Assembly (NCBI GenBank): GCA_951406725.2
Contig: OX597815.1
Location: forward strand, 203,918,001-203,982,000
Length of the DNA: 64,000 nucleotides
Direction of reading: 5' to 3'
Source of the DNA: Octopus vulgaris
Taxonomy: Eukaryota
In this document: one piece after another, positions 26,430 through 40,111 of the stretch
Layout: every line of letters begins with the position of its first letter
Numbering within the stretch: position 1 is the stretch's first letter
The notes under the pieces: generated by a model
What the model was told of the DNA's origin: nothing
Database searches by the model: none
The model's input: only the letters and a program-made list of their open reading frames with translations
Translations under genes and position numbers: made by a program

Positions 26430-26805
26430 CTCGGGTTTGTAAGGGAAATAACTATATAAGCATTTTTAGAGAGTTATAGCCAAAAAATAGAAAAAAAATG
26501 CATTAAAAATGGAAAAAAAATGATGGTAATTTTTTTTTTAAATCGTTGACTCATCGTAGACATTTTTAGAGAGTTCCCTTATATAATAGCGAAAAAAATG
26601 CATTAAAATGGAAAAAATTATGGTAATTTCTTTTTTAAATCGTAGACTCATCGTAGACGCGCGCTAATACCCAGAAGGGCTCGATATGAATCAGGACTAT
26701 AAGATACCCGGTTTTGGTTAAACTACACAGCAAAATGTGGTAGTAGTTAGGAATCTAAATCGTAGGAGACAGACAGACACACAACCTTACTTTTATATAT
26801 AAAGA
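26430..26805 (-). mobile_element. Non-autonomous Helitron, 3' end truncated
   Basis: Reverse complement of 47843-48220; 5' TCTTTATATATAAAAG present, CTAG end lost. Confidence 0.85.
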
Positions 26806-27066
26806 TTTATATCGCAAGGATAGAAATGAAAGAATGGCGATAGTTCTAAAGAAATTTGACGATATTCTCAAGATATTACTTGCTGCAATTTTTTCGAAAC
26901 CTTTACATCTACTTAGTCATGCAATTTCTAGGGAGTTTTAAATATCTACAACTATGACTCGCATTGCCAGATTTTTATGAAATAGGCTTCACTAAAAGGA
27001 GGGAATCTTCAGCTTTAAACTAACATGCACTGATACACACACACACACACACACACGCATACACAT

Positions 27067-27154
<88 letters not shown>

Positions 27155-28398
27155 TCACATTTGCTTAGTGGCATTTGCCTGTACTTCGTGGCTGTCAACT
27201 TGTACTCATATCGAGAACAGAACGAAATAGCTTTCGTGGATACACTTCAGTTTCTGTTGGTTTTCTTTTCCATTCCAAATCTGCTTTCTCCCTATCGTAT
27301 AACAGTCCTTTCCAGTTCTTGATTCCAGATCATATGCATAAAGATACGTGTGTGTGTGTGTCTGTGTCTGTTTATGTATATACCTGTGTGTTTGCGTGCA
27401 CGTACGTGTTAGTTTATAGTTGAAAATACCCGCCGTTAGTACAGGAATTTCTTTTACGGATATATTTGAAATGTAAGACCTCAAATGATCTTCAAATTCC
27501 TTTATAGTTCTACGCCTAGGTAGCGTATGTTTTATCAATTCTCCATAGAGACTTGCTTGCAAATTTGGAATTCATTTTTGCCAAGCAGCTCTTTTATGGG
27601 GATGTAAATATGGCAACACTACTTTATAAAACACAATTTGAAATGTGTGATGCTACATACTTTCAAAAATAGTGGCACGGGGATAGCTATAACGGATTTA
27701 GCAAAGCTAAATGCATATAGAATTCATTGGAAATGCAGTTTCTCCAGTAACATCACGGACATATCCATTAATAGAAAAGCAATGACCTTGCAATGTTCAA
27801 TAACGATACACGGAAATCTGTATAGCTTTGTCTGAAAAAACAAAAGAAAAAGAAATTTGCTGAATGCGAAGAGAATTCCATAAGAAGTGGCTTTCATAGA
27901 ATATTTCTGTCCTGTTAATCGGTTTCAGTATAACAATAGGATATTGTATTTACTACATTCAAGTCTAAAATAATTTTCGTTTTTCAGGCTATCCTGGACA
28001 AATGACCATTAAATAGATATGTAGAATCATTTTGAATTGATATAACTGGAAGGCACCGTTTACTGATTAATAATCTATGTCTGCAGATAGAATAGCCAAT
28101 TTGACGGTTAATTAACATTCCGTATCACGAATTTAAACTCTTCAACCTAGAATCAGAAGAAGGGTCGTTCACACAGCTGGTCGATGACTTATCAGACAGC
28201 ATATTTCTCAACGCAGCACACGTACATGCAAACATACATACAAAGAAACAAACAAACACACATACATACATATATACAGACAGACATACATACATACAAA
28301 CATACATACAAAGAAACAAACAAAGAAACAAACAAACAAACATACATACATATATACAGACATACATACATACATACATACATACATACATACATACA

Positions 28399-28430
<32 letters not shown>

Positions 28431-28535
28431 GTTGGGCATGTGTGCGTGTTTATACATATATATATATATATATTTCGATTTGGGATTTGGTTTGCAAGAT
28501 TCTTTATGTGAGTTCGTGTGTTGAAGCATATTCTA

Positions 28536-28735
28536 TTGTGTCTGGGGAGAGTCATTCTCTTTTGGTGCCTTATAATTTAACACACTCACCGGTAAAATTT
28601 CCACTTATTTCTTTTTTTATTTCTCTAAAATTTTCGCAGCAAAAATTTTAGGAAATTTTAAAATATGTGAAAATTTTAGTGGTGAGTGTATTAAATCATA
28701 AAGCACCAAAAGAGAATGACTCTCCCCAGACACAA
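28536..28735. mobile_element. Fold-back palindrome of the PLE-like family also at 42745 and 43393
   Basis: TTGTGTCTGGGGAGAGTCATTCTC... arms inverted about AAAATTTTCG (3' half of the HHR core). Confidence 0.7.
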
Positions 28736-29119
28736 CCTTGTGAATGACGTAGAGTTCCTAATTATAAAAACCGTAAAAGACCAACAAAATGTTTAGACTT
28801 ATATTTTCTGATATGCATAATCACCAGAAGGTATAGGTCATTTCCAATTACAGCGACACATCTCTTTGCCCTAATAGCAAACGATAACAGCGAAATACAC
28901 TGAAGAATTCTATAGAGTTTCACGATATTATCAACGAGACAGGCAGGAAAGATATGTTTATCCTCTAGGGTGACTGAAGTGACTAAGTATTGAGGGATGC
29001 ACAAGATGGCCAAGGGGAAATCATCTGCCTTGATGTGATGATATCGCACATTAAGGGGATTTACATCTGTTTGAATCTGTCAGTTATGATAACACGGTAG
29101 TGTCAAATATACTGGATGG

Positions 29120-29506
29120 ATGGAAGCACTCCGTCGGTTACGACGACGAGGGTTCCGGTTGAATCGAATCAACGGAACAGCCTGCTCGTGAAATTAACGT
29201 TTAAGTGGCTGAGCACTCCACAGACATGTACACCCTTAACGTAGTTCTCGGGGATATTCAGCGTGACACAGAGAGTGACAAGGCCGGCCCTTTGAAATAC
29301 AGGTACAACAGAAACAGGAAGTAAGAGTGAGAGAGAGTTGTGGTGAAAGAGTACAGCAGGGATCACCACCATCCCCTGCCGGAGCCTCGTGGACTTTTAG
29401 GTGTTTTCGCTCAATAAACACTCACAACGCCCGGTCTGGGAATCGAAACCGCGATCCTACGACCGCGAATCCGCTGCCCTAACCACTGGGCCATTGCGCC
29501 TCCACA
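29120..29506 (-). mobile_element. SINE family C, TSD ATACTGGAT
   Basis: Full length; (TCCA)n tail. Confidence 0.92.
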
Positions 29507-29787
29507 TACTGGATAAGCATAAAATCTCGTACGTAGGGAACAGGAATGCTAGCAGCTGATCGCACCACCACACTGTCTTAGCATAAAATCTCTCAACTCG
29601 CATTGTCTTAGACTGTCTTAGCATAACAACAGTATAAAACTGAAGTAAACGCACGACATAAGCATTTACAGATGTAAATAATAAGTATGACCATGTCATC
29701 ATGAAATGCAGGGTTCTATTATGGAGAACTAGCAAAAGGAAAACGAGAAAAGTGAGAATGAATTTAAACTTTTGTCGGTATTAAAAT

Positions 29788-30160
29788 TTACTCTTTTACT
29801 CTTTTACTTGTTTCAGTCATTTGACGGCGGCCATGCTGGAGCACCGCCTTTAGTCGAGCAAATCGACCCCGGGAATTATTCTTTGTAAGCCCAGTACTTA
29901 TTCTATCGGTCTCTTTTGCCGAACCGCTATGTGACGGGGACGTAAACACGCCAGCATCGGTTGTCGAGCAATGCTAGGGGGACAAACACAGACACACAAA
30001 CACACACACATACACAGATACATATATATATACATATATACGACAGGCTTCTTTCAGTTTCCGTCTACCAAATCCACTCACAAGGCATTGGTCGGCCCGG
30101 GGCTATAGTAGAAGCCACTTGCCCAAGATGCCACGCAGTGTGCCTGAACCCGGAACCATT
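29788..30160 (-). mobile_element. SINE family A, slightly 5'-truncated
   Basis: Identity to 15581-15983. Confidence 0.88.
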
Positions 30161-30786
30161 TGTTGATATTAATTCTTCATCACAAAACTTAATGAACCTA
30201 GAACCTCCGAGGAATGACAGGCAACACTTGGAAAATTGTCATCATTATTACTCTTTTAAGAAGACTTCGAGGTTACTATCTGCAAGTTCAATGCTGTGAT
30301 GACAGAAAGAAACAAAGAGGTTCTGAAGATACCGATCGCAAATCGCAACTGAGGTGCCACCAAAATATTGGCCGAAAGCGATAAAAGCAGAAAACTATAG
30401 AAAGATACGAGTAGAAGACATTATACAGTAAAATATGAGGCAATCGAAAAGGAAAGTTAGATAGAAATAAGAGAAGGAAACCAAAGATGAGCGCTGAACA
30501 ATTTCAGTATATAATGATAATAGCCTTTCTAGCAACAAAATAAAGTGACATTCCAGCTTCGGAAAATGCCTCACCGAAGGAAATAAATTGACTGTAGGCG
30601 TCGTACAAAGCATACATGGAAAATAGATTAAGGGAGAAAAAGAAACGATGGAAAATGGTGGTCACAGTAGTTCTCAGTAGATGAGCATCCAGATGTACAG
30701 TCTCGTACAGAATGTGCAGGTATCTTCGAATTACGACGAGCATTTATGTAATACGGGGACGTATACGTCGTATTACAAAACGCTGA

Positions 30787-30853
<67 letters not shown>

Positions 30854-30884
30854 CATACATATATATACATACATACATATTTAT

Positions 30885-30942
<58 letters not shown>

Positions 30943-30945
<3 letters not shown>

Positions 30946-31080
30946 CACCTTGACCGACCAGTCCCTCAGGCGTCCATTTGACACCGCTGGTCACAGCACG
31001 CTGTCCACACCCCTCTGGATCGCGCCTTTCTCAGACCACCCGGAAGACCTCCACGAGGACGGTTGGAATCACGTGGATAC
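30943..31080 (-). mobile_element. 3' tip of an RTE LINE inside a (TA)n tract
   Basis: [10 protein letters not shown]...[14 protein letters not shown]; end GTCAAGGTGAT resembles 50230-50260. Confidence 0.65.
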
Positions 31081-31086
31081 ATATAT

Positions 31087-31202
<116 letters not shown>

Positions 31203-31664
31203 ATAAATGAAATATAGAGATATTCTATTGACATCCAATAATTTATTTCTATTACAATATTGCATTAAATACTATGAATATAATATATAACATAACAATA
31301 TAGATAATTATAAAAACCGTAAAAGACCAACAAAATGTTTAGACTTATATTTTCTGATATGCATAATCACAGGGTCCATCGGTTCAGAAAGACGAAATCC
31401 CGCCTGGAAAGGACGGCTGGATTGTAAAAATTAATTGAAATGTCTGTGTTCTGAGCGTGGGCGTTATTCAATCTCACATCAATTACTATTAAAAAACAAC
31501 AAAAACATTTCAACGGACGATACAATCAAGTAAGAGCAATCCACAACCATCGATATTCACTTGATTATATCTCAAACACATACAAATTGAAACTTTTTGA
31601 TGTCCTAGATAGTCTCTTTTCATCACAACATATCATAATAATGCATTTGTGTATAAAAATGTAT

Positions 31665-31934
31665 AGACGCAGGGTTGGCTGTGTGGTAAGTAGCTTGCTT
31701 ACCAACAACATGGGTTCATTCCCACTGCGTGGCACCTTGGGCAAGTGTCTTCTACTATAGCATCGGGCCGACCAAAGCCTTGTGAGTGGATTTGGTAGAC
31801 AGAAACTGAAAGAAGCCCATCGTATATATATATATATATATGTATATATGTGAGAGTATGTGTTTGTGTGTCCGTGTTTGTCCCCCTAACATGGCTTGAC
31901 AACCGATGGTGGTGGTGGTGGTGGTGGTGGTGGT

Positions 31935-31969
<35 letters not shown>

Positions 31970-32131
31970 GTAACTTAGCGGTTCAGCAAAAGAGTCCGAT
32001 AGAATATGTACTAGGCTTCCAAAGAATTAGTCTCGGGCTCGATTTTCTCGACTAAAGGCGGTACTCCAGCATGACCGGAGTCAAATGACTGAATCAAGTA
32101 AAAGAGTAAAAGAGTAAAAGAGTAAAGAGTA
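31665..32131 (+). mobile_element. SINE family A, full length, expanded internal (GGT)/(GT)n
   Basis: Head GGCTGTGTGGTAAG, tail AAAAGAGT x4. Confidence 0.9.
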
Positions 32132-32556
32132 TAATTAAGTATCTAAGTCTTCTCCAACGGGTAACTACGACAAAAAATATATAAACAATTACATCTTCAA
32201 TACAATAACTCTTTTATCTATATTAATTAGTTGGTATAAAAAAACTTAATTGCTTAAATTAACTACTAATAAACTTCCATATTTATTATTTTCTCGTAAG
32301 GATAATTATGTAGTAGATATGAATAGAAACCGAATGAAAATATCTCTCTTTGTTTACTTAAGCTATGGTAATTATCATATTTTAGCCTATAGCAATGGAA
32401 ATGGAATTTACTCATGTTTTAAGGGTAACCGGATTTGCAGTTACTTAAACAATGATTATTATTTGCACTCCATGGAAGGGAGAAATTAGTGAATTGGATG
32501 TCTAACACACCCCTTGGAAGGGTTCCTTTTCCTCAATTTGTTACTATATATATATA

Positions 32557-32596
<40 letters not shown>

Positions 32597-32764
32597 CGTG
32601 AAGTATATTTGCCACTTAAATGTGGCTAACCCTTAAGGGTGGATGCTACTGTAGCTTGTAGCCCCAGGAGGATATCTCCTCCAGCTGGCTATTGACACAC
32701 ATTCTGTGCCCTATCAGTATTTGCAAAGGGAAGCCATCCTTCCCATCTTCAATCTGACATGATA

Positions 32765-32808
32765 CACACGGACTCGAGTTCTAGGTATTGACCCGTCATC
32801 AGCGTGTG
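32765..32808 (-). ncRNA. Type-I hammerhead ribozyme, near-canonical
   Basis: CACACG-CTGATGA-CGGGTcaatACCTA-GAAC-TCGA-GTC-CGTGTG; perfect 6-bp stem I, palindromic ACTCGAGT stem III; GAAA box altered. Confidence 0.7.
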
Positions 32809-33559
32809 ACAATCACCGATTTTCTCTTTATTATAGGCACAAGGCCTGAATACAGAGGGGACAAACACAAACATGTGGTAACAAAAAAACATATGAAAAA
32901 ATGAATTATAGTGATTTAAATTATAATGAAGATGAAACGGTTTTCTCGGTCCCGCTCCGAGACGAAACCGCGATTTCTTTTTTTACAATTAAACGTTCTT
33001 ACAATTTTTTTACTTTTTTCTTCTTTTTTTAGCTTGTTATTTTTCTCAGTCTTTTGTTGTTTTTTTGTATCGTTTTTTTTTCTTTTTTCTTTATACATTT
33101 TAACAGTCTATTTTCCTCATATTTTTTTTTTATGAAGTACAAATTTTACTTATTTATTTTTAAATGTTCATAAAGGGTTTTACTTCTCCTAATTCCACGA
33201 CCGTCGGGAGCTCGTCAAACTCGACTTCAACGCCCAGTCTGGGTCTATCGAAACGTCCATACATCTCTCAATTCCGCAAAAATCTCTCTTTGTCCTATGA
33301 CTATTCCATTGTGTATTCCGGGCATATATATATTTACACTTTTTGCCGATATATATAATAGTACTCATATATAGTATGTATCTATATATATATATATATA
33401 TGTATATATAGTGATATATATATATTATATCTCTTCTTTGCTTCGGCTCCCGTCCTAATCCGTTCGGGCGTGCAGAAACAATGCACACGTAATTTATATG
33501 AACGCTTGACTATATATATCTCTCTGTTGTAATGCTGTTTTTTTCCTGTGTGTCTTCTT

Positions 33560-33960
33560 TCACAACTGCTTCTGTTGGTGCTTCACACCTATTTCTTTTC
33601 ATTGAAACTTCTTCACTGTTATCGTTCTGTTAACGTTTTGGTGTTCAGAGGAGAGTGTACTGGCATAGATGTGGCAACATTTGAAATATTGTCTAGGTAT
33701 ATGCAGCTGATGAAGCATGTTGGGTCTACTTTCTACTGTTATTCGAAGTCTGCTGTCTTCCGGGAGTATTATTTTCTCCGTTATACTATGCAAGTCTTCC
33801 AAATTTACCTGCATGGTCACTTCGAGGCTATATCCCAACCAATTGGACTTTGGGGTCCTCGTTATCCTTCACATCGTGCAATATGGCTGCTACCACTAGT
33901 ATATACGCAGTGAAGCTATACAATAGCGTCGTATTTATTTCGATTGCTATTTTCCAGTAA
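33560..33960 (-). pseudogene. Decayed LINE ORF1/gag-like fragment
   Basis: NWLGYSLEV...IILPEDSRLRITVESRP then a Cys/His-rich remnant; similar weak pieces at ~30300-30700 and ~45550-45870. Confidence 0.35.
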
Positions 33961-34169
33961 ATATCGGTGCCTTGTTGTACCATTTATTTACTTGTATATA
34001 TATATATATATATGTATGTATATATAAGCACATAAATGCAAAACAAGGTGGAAAAAATAGTACGCAAATACCAAAGGCAGAGTAAGATTCATTTTTATTA
34101 AAGCTGCAAAAACATCGTAAATCTGTTACTCAGTAATAGTATTGTGATGTTTTCGCAACTTTAATAGAA

Positions 34170-34203
<34 letters not shown>

Positions 34204-34474
34204 AGGTGAGGGATATACTATCCACGTTGATAACGAATTTCTCTATGAAAAGTGCTCAGGCTGCTCCTTTCAATGGTACGTTGTAAGGTAAATTTCGTAT
34301 AAACTACTCTGAATGGCTTCTCCAAACAATACCATATTTATTCACCATGAAGATATCATACTAATAATGAATTAGTCGCTACATATAAATATGTAACAAT
34401 ATGCAATTAATACGATTGAAACATGTGTAATTAAGCATAAAATCTGAATGTTCAAAATTTTCGTTCCCTTATTA

Positions 34475-34528
<54 letters not shown>

Positions 34529-34689
34529 CTGTCCGTTAAGTTTTCGTCTAGTGTTCCCTTCGCGCTCTGCTTTCGTCTAACTTTTTCTCCTTTTTGTGTT
34601 CTTTCTCTTTAGCCCTTGGTATATATACACAAGCGCGTACTCACACACACACACACACACATCTATAAAGGAAAATGGAAAGGAGAAGT

Positions 34690-34734
<45 letters not shown>

Positions 34735-34752
34735 AAGAGAGAGAGAGAGAAA

Positions 34753-34854
<102 letters not shown>

Positions 34855-34944
34855 TATCCTCTATGTCTGTCTCTCCTTATTTAAAATTGTTCGATGATCA
34901 TTAAATATTCGATAAACTACTTCCTTCAATGAGTTCTGAAACCT

Positions 34945-35290
34945 AATTAATGCTGCGAACTTGAAGGCTGCAATTTGTTCACCCAGAGTTTCGTTGTCTG
35001 CCTAGCTAGTGTTGAGGTTGCTCTACCAGTGCATCTGTTGCTGCCAGACAGAATAGAGTTGTCTGCGATGATGGAACCAATGTATATAAAGTTGTGAACC
35101 ACCTCAAGCTGGCAGTTGTTGCTGGTTATATTTAGAGAGTGTTCAACACATTGGCCCAACAAGTTTCTCCTCCCTTGACTAATGTTCAATCCAAACATTT
35201 GAGACACTGTCTATGAAGGATTTAAGTTGCATCTCTGAGACTGTAACTTATGTCGCACTCAGTCGGGACATACTGAGCAGTTTACTGCAT
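34945..35290 (-). pseudogene. RTE-clade LINE RT fragment
   Basis: FGLNIS...LEVVHNFIYIGS.I...R.GRATST.ARL...W motif. Confidence 0.75.
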
Positions 35291-35453
35291 ACATATGCAT
35301 ACACATATGCATATATATATATATATATAAAACGAATTCTATTTCTTCCATGGCGAATCTGCTTTCATTATACACTTCTGCCATTGCCATTCTTCGCTTT
35401 GTATTTCTACACTTTTTCAGTCACATTTCAGTCACAATTTCATTGTCTATTTT

Positions 35454-35522
<69 letters not shown>

Positions 35523-35534
35523 TCTATCTATCTA

Positions 35535-35589
<55 letters not shown>

Positions 35590-35658
35590 CTTTCTCCATC
35601 TCATCGTGCGTATATACATATACATGCATATATACATACACACATACACAGAAATATA

Positions 35659-35700
<42 letters not shown>

Positions 35701-35723
35701 CACATATATATGTATATATTTAT

Positions 35724-35790
<67 letters not shown>

Positions 35791-35793
<3 letters not shown>

Positions 35794-35844
35794 GGAGTTC
35801 TACAGGACTAGTACTGTTTCATTCAAGAGAAATCATCAGGAAGC
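35791..35844 (-). ncRNA. Inverted second copy of hammerhead (stem I shortened)
   Basis: Reverse complement of 35849-35903 with a 1-nt deletion. Confidence 0.75.
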
Positions 35845-35901
35845 AGGAGCTTCCTGATGATTTCTCTTGAATGAAACAGTACTAGTCCTGTAGAAGCTCC
35901 T
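35845..35901 (+). ncRNA. Canonical type-I hammerhead ribozyme
   Basis: AGGAGCTTC-CTGATGA-TTTCtcttGAAT-GAAACAG-tactagtc-CTGTA^GAAGCTCCT: 9-bp stem I, 4-bp stem III with an ACTAGT palindrome in the loop; predicted cleavage after 35892. Confidence 0.88.
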
Positions 35902-35981
35902 TCTATATAATAAATTAATTTTACTCTGCTATGTATTGAGTACCTTATTTACTGTGGTTAACCCCGAATCAACCCGGGACC

Positions 35982-36019
<38 letters not shown>

Positions 36020-36028
36020 TATACATGC

Positions 36029-36078
<50 letters not shown>

Positions 36079-36511
36079 TTATTATTTATGGTTAATTCTA
36101 TTTAGCTTTTTTCCATGTCACCTTTATAAAGGAAAGAAATGTCACTCCGATACCGCCTTTGTGTTTGTTATATTACCATGTTTTACGTGAAGAGACAACC
36201 TTCACAAGCCGTACGTCATCTTTCTTCTCCACAATTCTCTATGTAGACTCCTTTGTCATGTCACCAACATATCTACTTACATATACATGTGAGCATGCAC
36301 ACACACACACACACACATATATATACACATATATACACATTTTTGCGTGTGTCTGTGTTGGAGTAAGTATAATGGGTGTGTCAAAATTACCTTCACACTT
36401 CAGTGGGAAAATCTTTATTTAACACAATTAATAAACTAGTTTTTATCATATACGGATTACATAACTTTGTGCCTCAACCTGCTCTCCTTTTTACAGAACA
36501 GTCAGTTGGAA

Positions 36512-36860
36512 ACCGGTCATAGGATCGCGGTTTCGATTCCCAGACCGGGCGTTGTGAGTGTTTATTGAGCGAAAACACCTTAAAGCTCCACGAGGCTCCG
36601 GCAGGGGATGGTGATGATCCCTGCAGTACTCTTTCACCACAACTTTCTCTCACTCTTACTTCCTGTTTCTGTTGTACCTGTATTTCAAAGGGCCGGCCTT
36701 GTCACTCTCTGTGTCACGCTGAATATCCCCGAGAACTACGTTAAGGGTACACGTGTCTGTGGAGTGCTCAGCCACTTACACGTTGATTTCACGAGCAGGC
36801 TGTTCCGTTGATTCGGATCAACCGGAACCCTTATCGTCGTAACCGACGGAGTGCTTCCAC
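36512..36860 (+). mobile_element. SINE family C, 5'-truncated, TSD TTGGAAAC
   Basis: Starts within the tRNA head; TSD on both sides. Confidence 0.9.
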
Positions 36861-37756
36861 CAATTGGAAACACTCTATATGTGAGTGTGTGTGTGTATGT
36901 AACTGCGCGTGTATATATGTGTGTGTATGTTTTAATACACTAATGCTGAAGTTTTTGCGAATAGATGGCACCGCATTTGTAAATCTTACCGTACGTTAAC
37001 TTACGTCATGTACTCACTTGATGTCCGGTTTCCCTTTCACCGTACTCTTAAAGAAAAAGAATACAAAAGACATCAGATCAGGTGAACGATGAAGGTGTTG
37101 CAAAGTCCCAAATATTCATAACCATCTTCATGAAGCGTATTATCACAGAAATTGCTTCCAATTCACGTAAACAGCCAAAGTACACAATGCTGCTAAAAAA
37201 AAATACATCACGTTTCATATTGTCCGTTAAACTTTATAGATATTGCAAGACTGGAGAAATTTAAACACTTATAGGAATCTCCTGCATGAGTATCAGCAAA
37301 TATGTTCCAATTACAGAAGGCAAAAATTACTTTTCTGCAGGGAACGTTCATACTCAAGAGTTATTGTCTCTAACATAACGATTCTCCTAGCAAACTTTTG
37401 TGTATCGGTTCGCATGAGGGCAAGTGACAAAAGTAAGTCCGTCATTAAAATCCACCGGATTTATAATGTGAGATTCAACGATTTACTGCATACATATGGA
37501 TACATTTAACAATTAAGGATAACTTCTTAATAAGGAATCTTAACAAGAAATTATCAGGTAGTTAGCGGGAAAAACCTCATAAGAGAAAAAAATTCGAAAA
37601 TAATTTTTTTCTTTTGAAAATATTAATTTATATTGTATAGGGGGCATTATTACACATAAATGCCTCACACTAAGAGGGACATAAGTCATTACTACCAAAA
37701 TTTCACTAATCGTACCTAATGCAGTTTTCGAAGCAAGACATTTAAAAAATGAATTT

Positions 37757-37821
37757 AGTTCTATATCACCTGTGATTTCACACTTAACGCATCAAATACG
37801 TCTATGATCATCAGTAGAACT
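37757..37821 (-). ncRNA. Canonical type-I hammerhead ribozyme (PLE terminal repeat)
   Basis: AGTTCTA-CTGATGA-TCATAGACGTAtttgaTGCGTTAAGTGT-GAAATCACagGTGATA^TAGAACT; 7-bp stem I, near-palindromic stem III. Confidence 0.85.
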
Positions 37822-37947
37822 GATTCTGAACACATCATAAATAAACGATCAATATACCTGGCGAAGTCGAACAGACATCTGCTCTCTCCGGCGAAGCACA
37901 TGGAAATGTTTATAAATCATATATTCGGTAATGGATACACATATACA

Positions 37948-38178
37948 TACTCTTTTACTCTTTTACTTGTTTCAGTCATTTGACTGTGGCCATGCTGGAG
38001 CACCGCCGTTAGTCGAGCAAATCGACCCCAGGACTTATTCTTTGTAAGCCCAGTACTTATTCTATCGGTCTCTTTTGCCGAACCGCTAGGTGACGGGGAC
38101 GTAAACACACCAGCATCGGTTGTCAAGCAATGCCAGAGGGACAAACACAGACACACAAACATATACACACACATACAT

Positions 38179-38244
<66 letters not shown>

Positions 38245-38407
38245 GACAGGTTTCTTTCAGTTTCCGTCTACCAAATCCACTCACAAGGCTTTGGTCGGCC
38301 CGAGGCTATAGCAGAATACACTTGCCCAAGGTGCTACGCAGTGGGACTGAACCCGGAACCATGTGGTTGGTTAGCAAGCTACTTACCACACAGCCACTCC
38401 TGCGCCT
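37948..38407 (-). mobile_element. SINE family A, full length
   Basis: Head AGGCGCAGGAGTGGCTGTGTGG, tail present. Confidence 0.9.
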
Positions 38408-38454
38408 ATATATATATATAAAACGAAGAAAGGAGAGAGAAACAAAGAGGGAGA

Positions 38455-38785
38455 ATCATCATCATCATCATCATCATCGTTTAACGTCTGTTTTCCGTGC
38501 TAGCACGGGTTGGACGGTTTGACCGGGGTCTGGGAAGCAAGGAGGCTGCACCAGGCTCCAGTCTGATCTTGCAGTGTTTCTACAGCTGGATGCCCTTCCT
38601 AACGCCAACCACTCCGTGATTGTAGTGGGTGCTTTTCTTCGTGCCACCGGCACCGGTGCCACGGGGGGAGGGGCGCTGGCAGCGGCCACGATCGGTTGGT
38701 GCTTTTTACGTGCCACCGGCACAGAAGCCAGTCAAGGCGGCGCTGCAATCGGCCACGTTCGGATGGTGCTTTTTGCGTGCCGAAA
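38455..38785 (-). mobile_element. SINE family E 3' part with (TGA)n tail
   Basis: GGCGTTAGGAAGGGCATCCAGCTGTAGAAAC domain, internal GTGCCGGTGGCACG repeats, ...ACGTTAAACGATGATG tail. Confidence 0.75.
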
Positions 38786-39211
38786 GGATGCAACAGAAGA
38801 TGACAACCACACTCTTACCCGCGCGTAGAGCGGGTCACCTTCCGCTAATATATATATAAAACGAATTCTATTTCTTCCATGGCGAATCTGCTTTCATTAT
38901 ACACTTCTGTCATTGCCATTCTTCGCTTTGTATTTCTACACTTTTTCAGTCACAAACATTGCTTTGTCTCTCTCTTGCACGCGCTCTTTCTCTCCCTCTC
39001 TCTCTTTCACTCCTTCTCCCTCTCTCGCTTCCCCCTCTCTCTCGAACCTGGTAGCGTTCTATTCTAACACTTTCCAATATTTTTTCAATGCTTGCACGAC
39101 TTTTAGACGTGATGTGGGCGCACCCTGAAATCATACGATAAACTTATTTACAAGGTTTCACGTAACACCTCTATCTCCAAGCTGTGGTATTTAGTAAATT
39201 TTCAAGGGCTA

Positions 39212-39548
39212 TATGGCTGTGGTTAGAGCGTCGAGCTTACGATCGTGAGGTTGTGAGCTCGAATCCCGGACCGGGCTGCCTGTTGTGTTCTTGAGCAAGA
39301 CACTTTATTTCACGTTGCTCCAGTTCACTCAGCTGTAGAAATGAGTTGCGACGTCACAGGTGCCAAGCTGTATCGGCCCTTGCCTTTTCCTTGGACAACA
39401 TCGGTGACGTGGAGAGGGGAGGCCGGTTGCATGGGCGACTGTTGGTCTTCCATAAAACAACCTTGCCCAGACTTGTGCCTCAGAGGGTAACTCTTTAGGT
39501 GCAAACCCATGGTCAGTGTCTGACCGAAGGGGGTCACCACCATCACCA
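39212..39548 (+). mobile_element. tRNA-derived SINE family D (CORE-like centre)
   Basis: GTGGTTAGAGCG...GAGCTCGAATCCC head, then TTGTGTTCTTGAGCAAGACACTTTA...CACTCAGCTGTAGAAATGAGT. Confidence 0.8.
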
Positions 39549-39559
39549 TATGGCATTGT

Positions 39560-39850
39560 TTGTTGAACATCACAAATGCTCGTTTCAAATCTACCCAATC
39601 AAAGATGAAACATTTCTCTCGTAGTAGGACCCAAACCGAACCAAACTGAACAAACCTTTCGCACGTATGATAAATCGTTAAACGCTTTTCTGAAGCTTGA
39701 TGAAATTGTTTTTGGAGCGTCTTGAGAAGTAGGGTGGGAGAATGGGACACTTTCATCAGACTTACCACGAATCTCCTCTCTTCTAAAGTTAACCAGTTTC
39801 CCATTGTATATTAAAAAAATAAATACGAATGTCTTTTCCATTAAAATGTT
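39560..39850 (-). pseudogene. Tc1/mariner transposase N-terminal HTH remnant
   Basis: WLTLEERRFVV....S......F......RLTI....RF...GSV pattern of mariner-type HTH domains. Confidence 0.65.
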
Positions 39851-40058
39851 AATGTAATTCTCTCGCGCGCGCTCTTTCTCTCACTCACTCACTCACTCTC
39901 TCTCTCTCTTTCTCGCACGCGGTCTTTCTCTCCCTCTCTCGCTTTCATTCTCTCTCTTTCACTCTCTCTCACTCTCTCTCTCCCTTTCCCTCTCTCTCTC
40001 ACGCGCACATTTGATATGCAAGCACTCACATGAATACATGTACTAAAAATTGTGCGCC

Positions 40059-40111
<53 letters not shown>

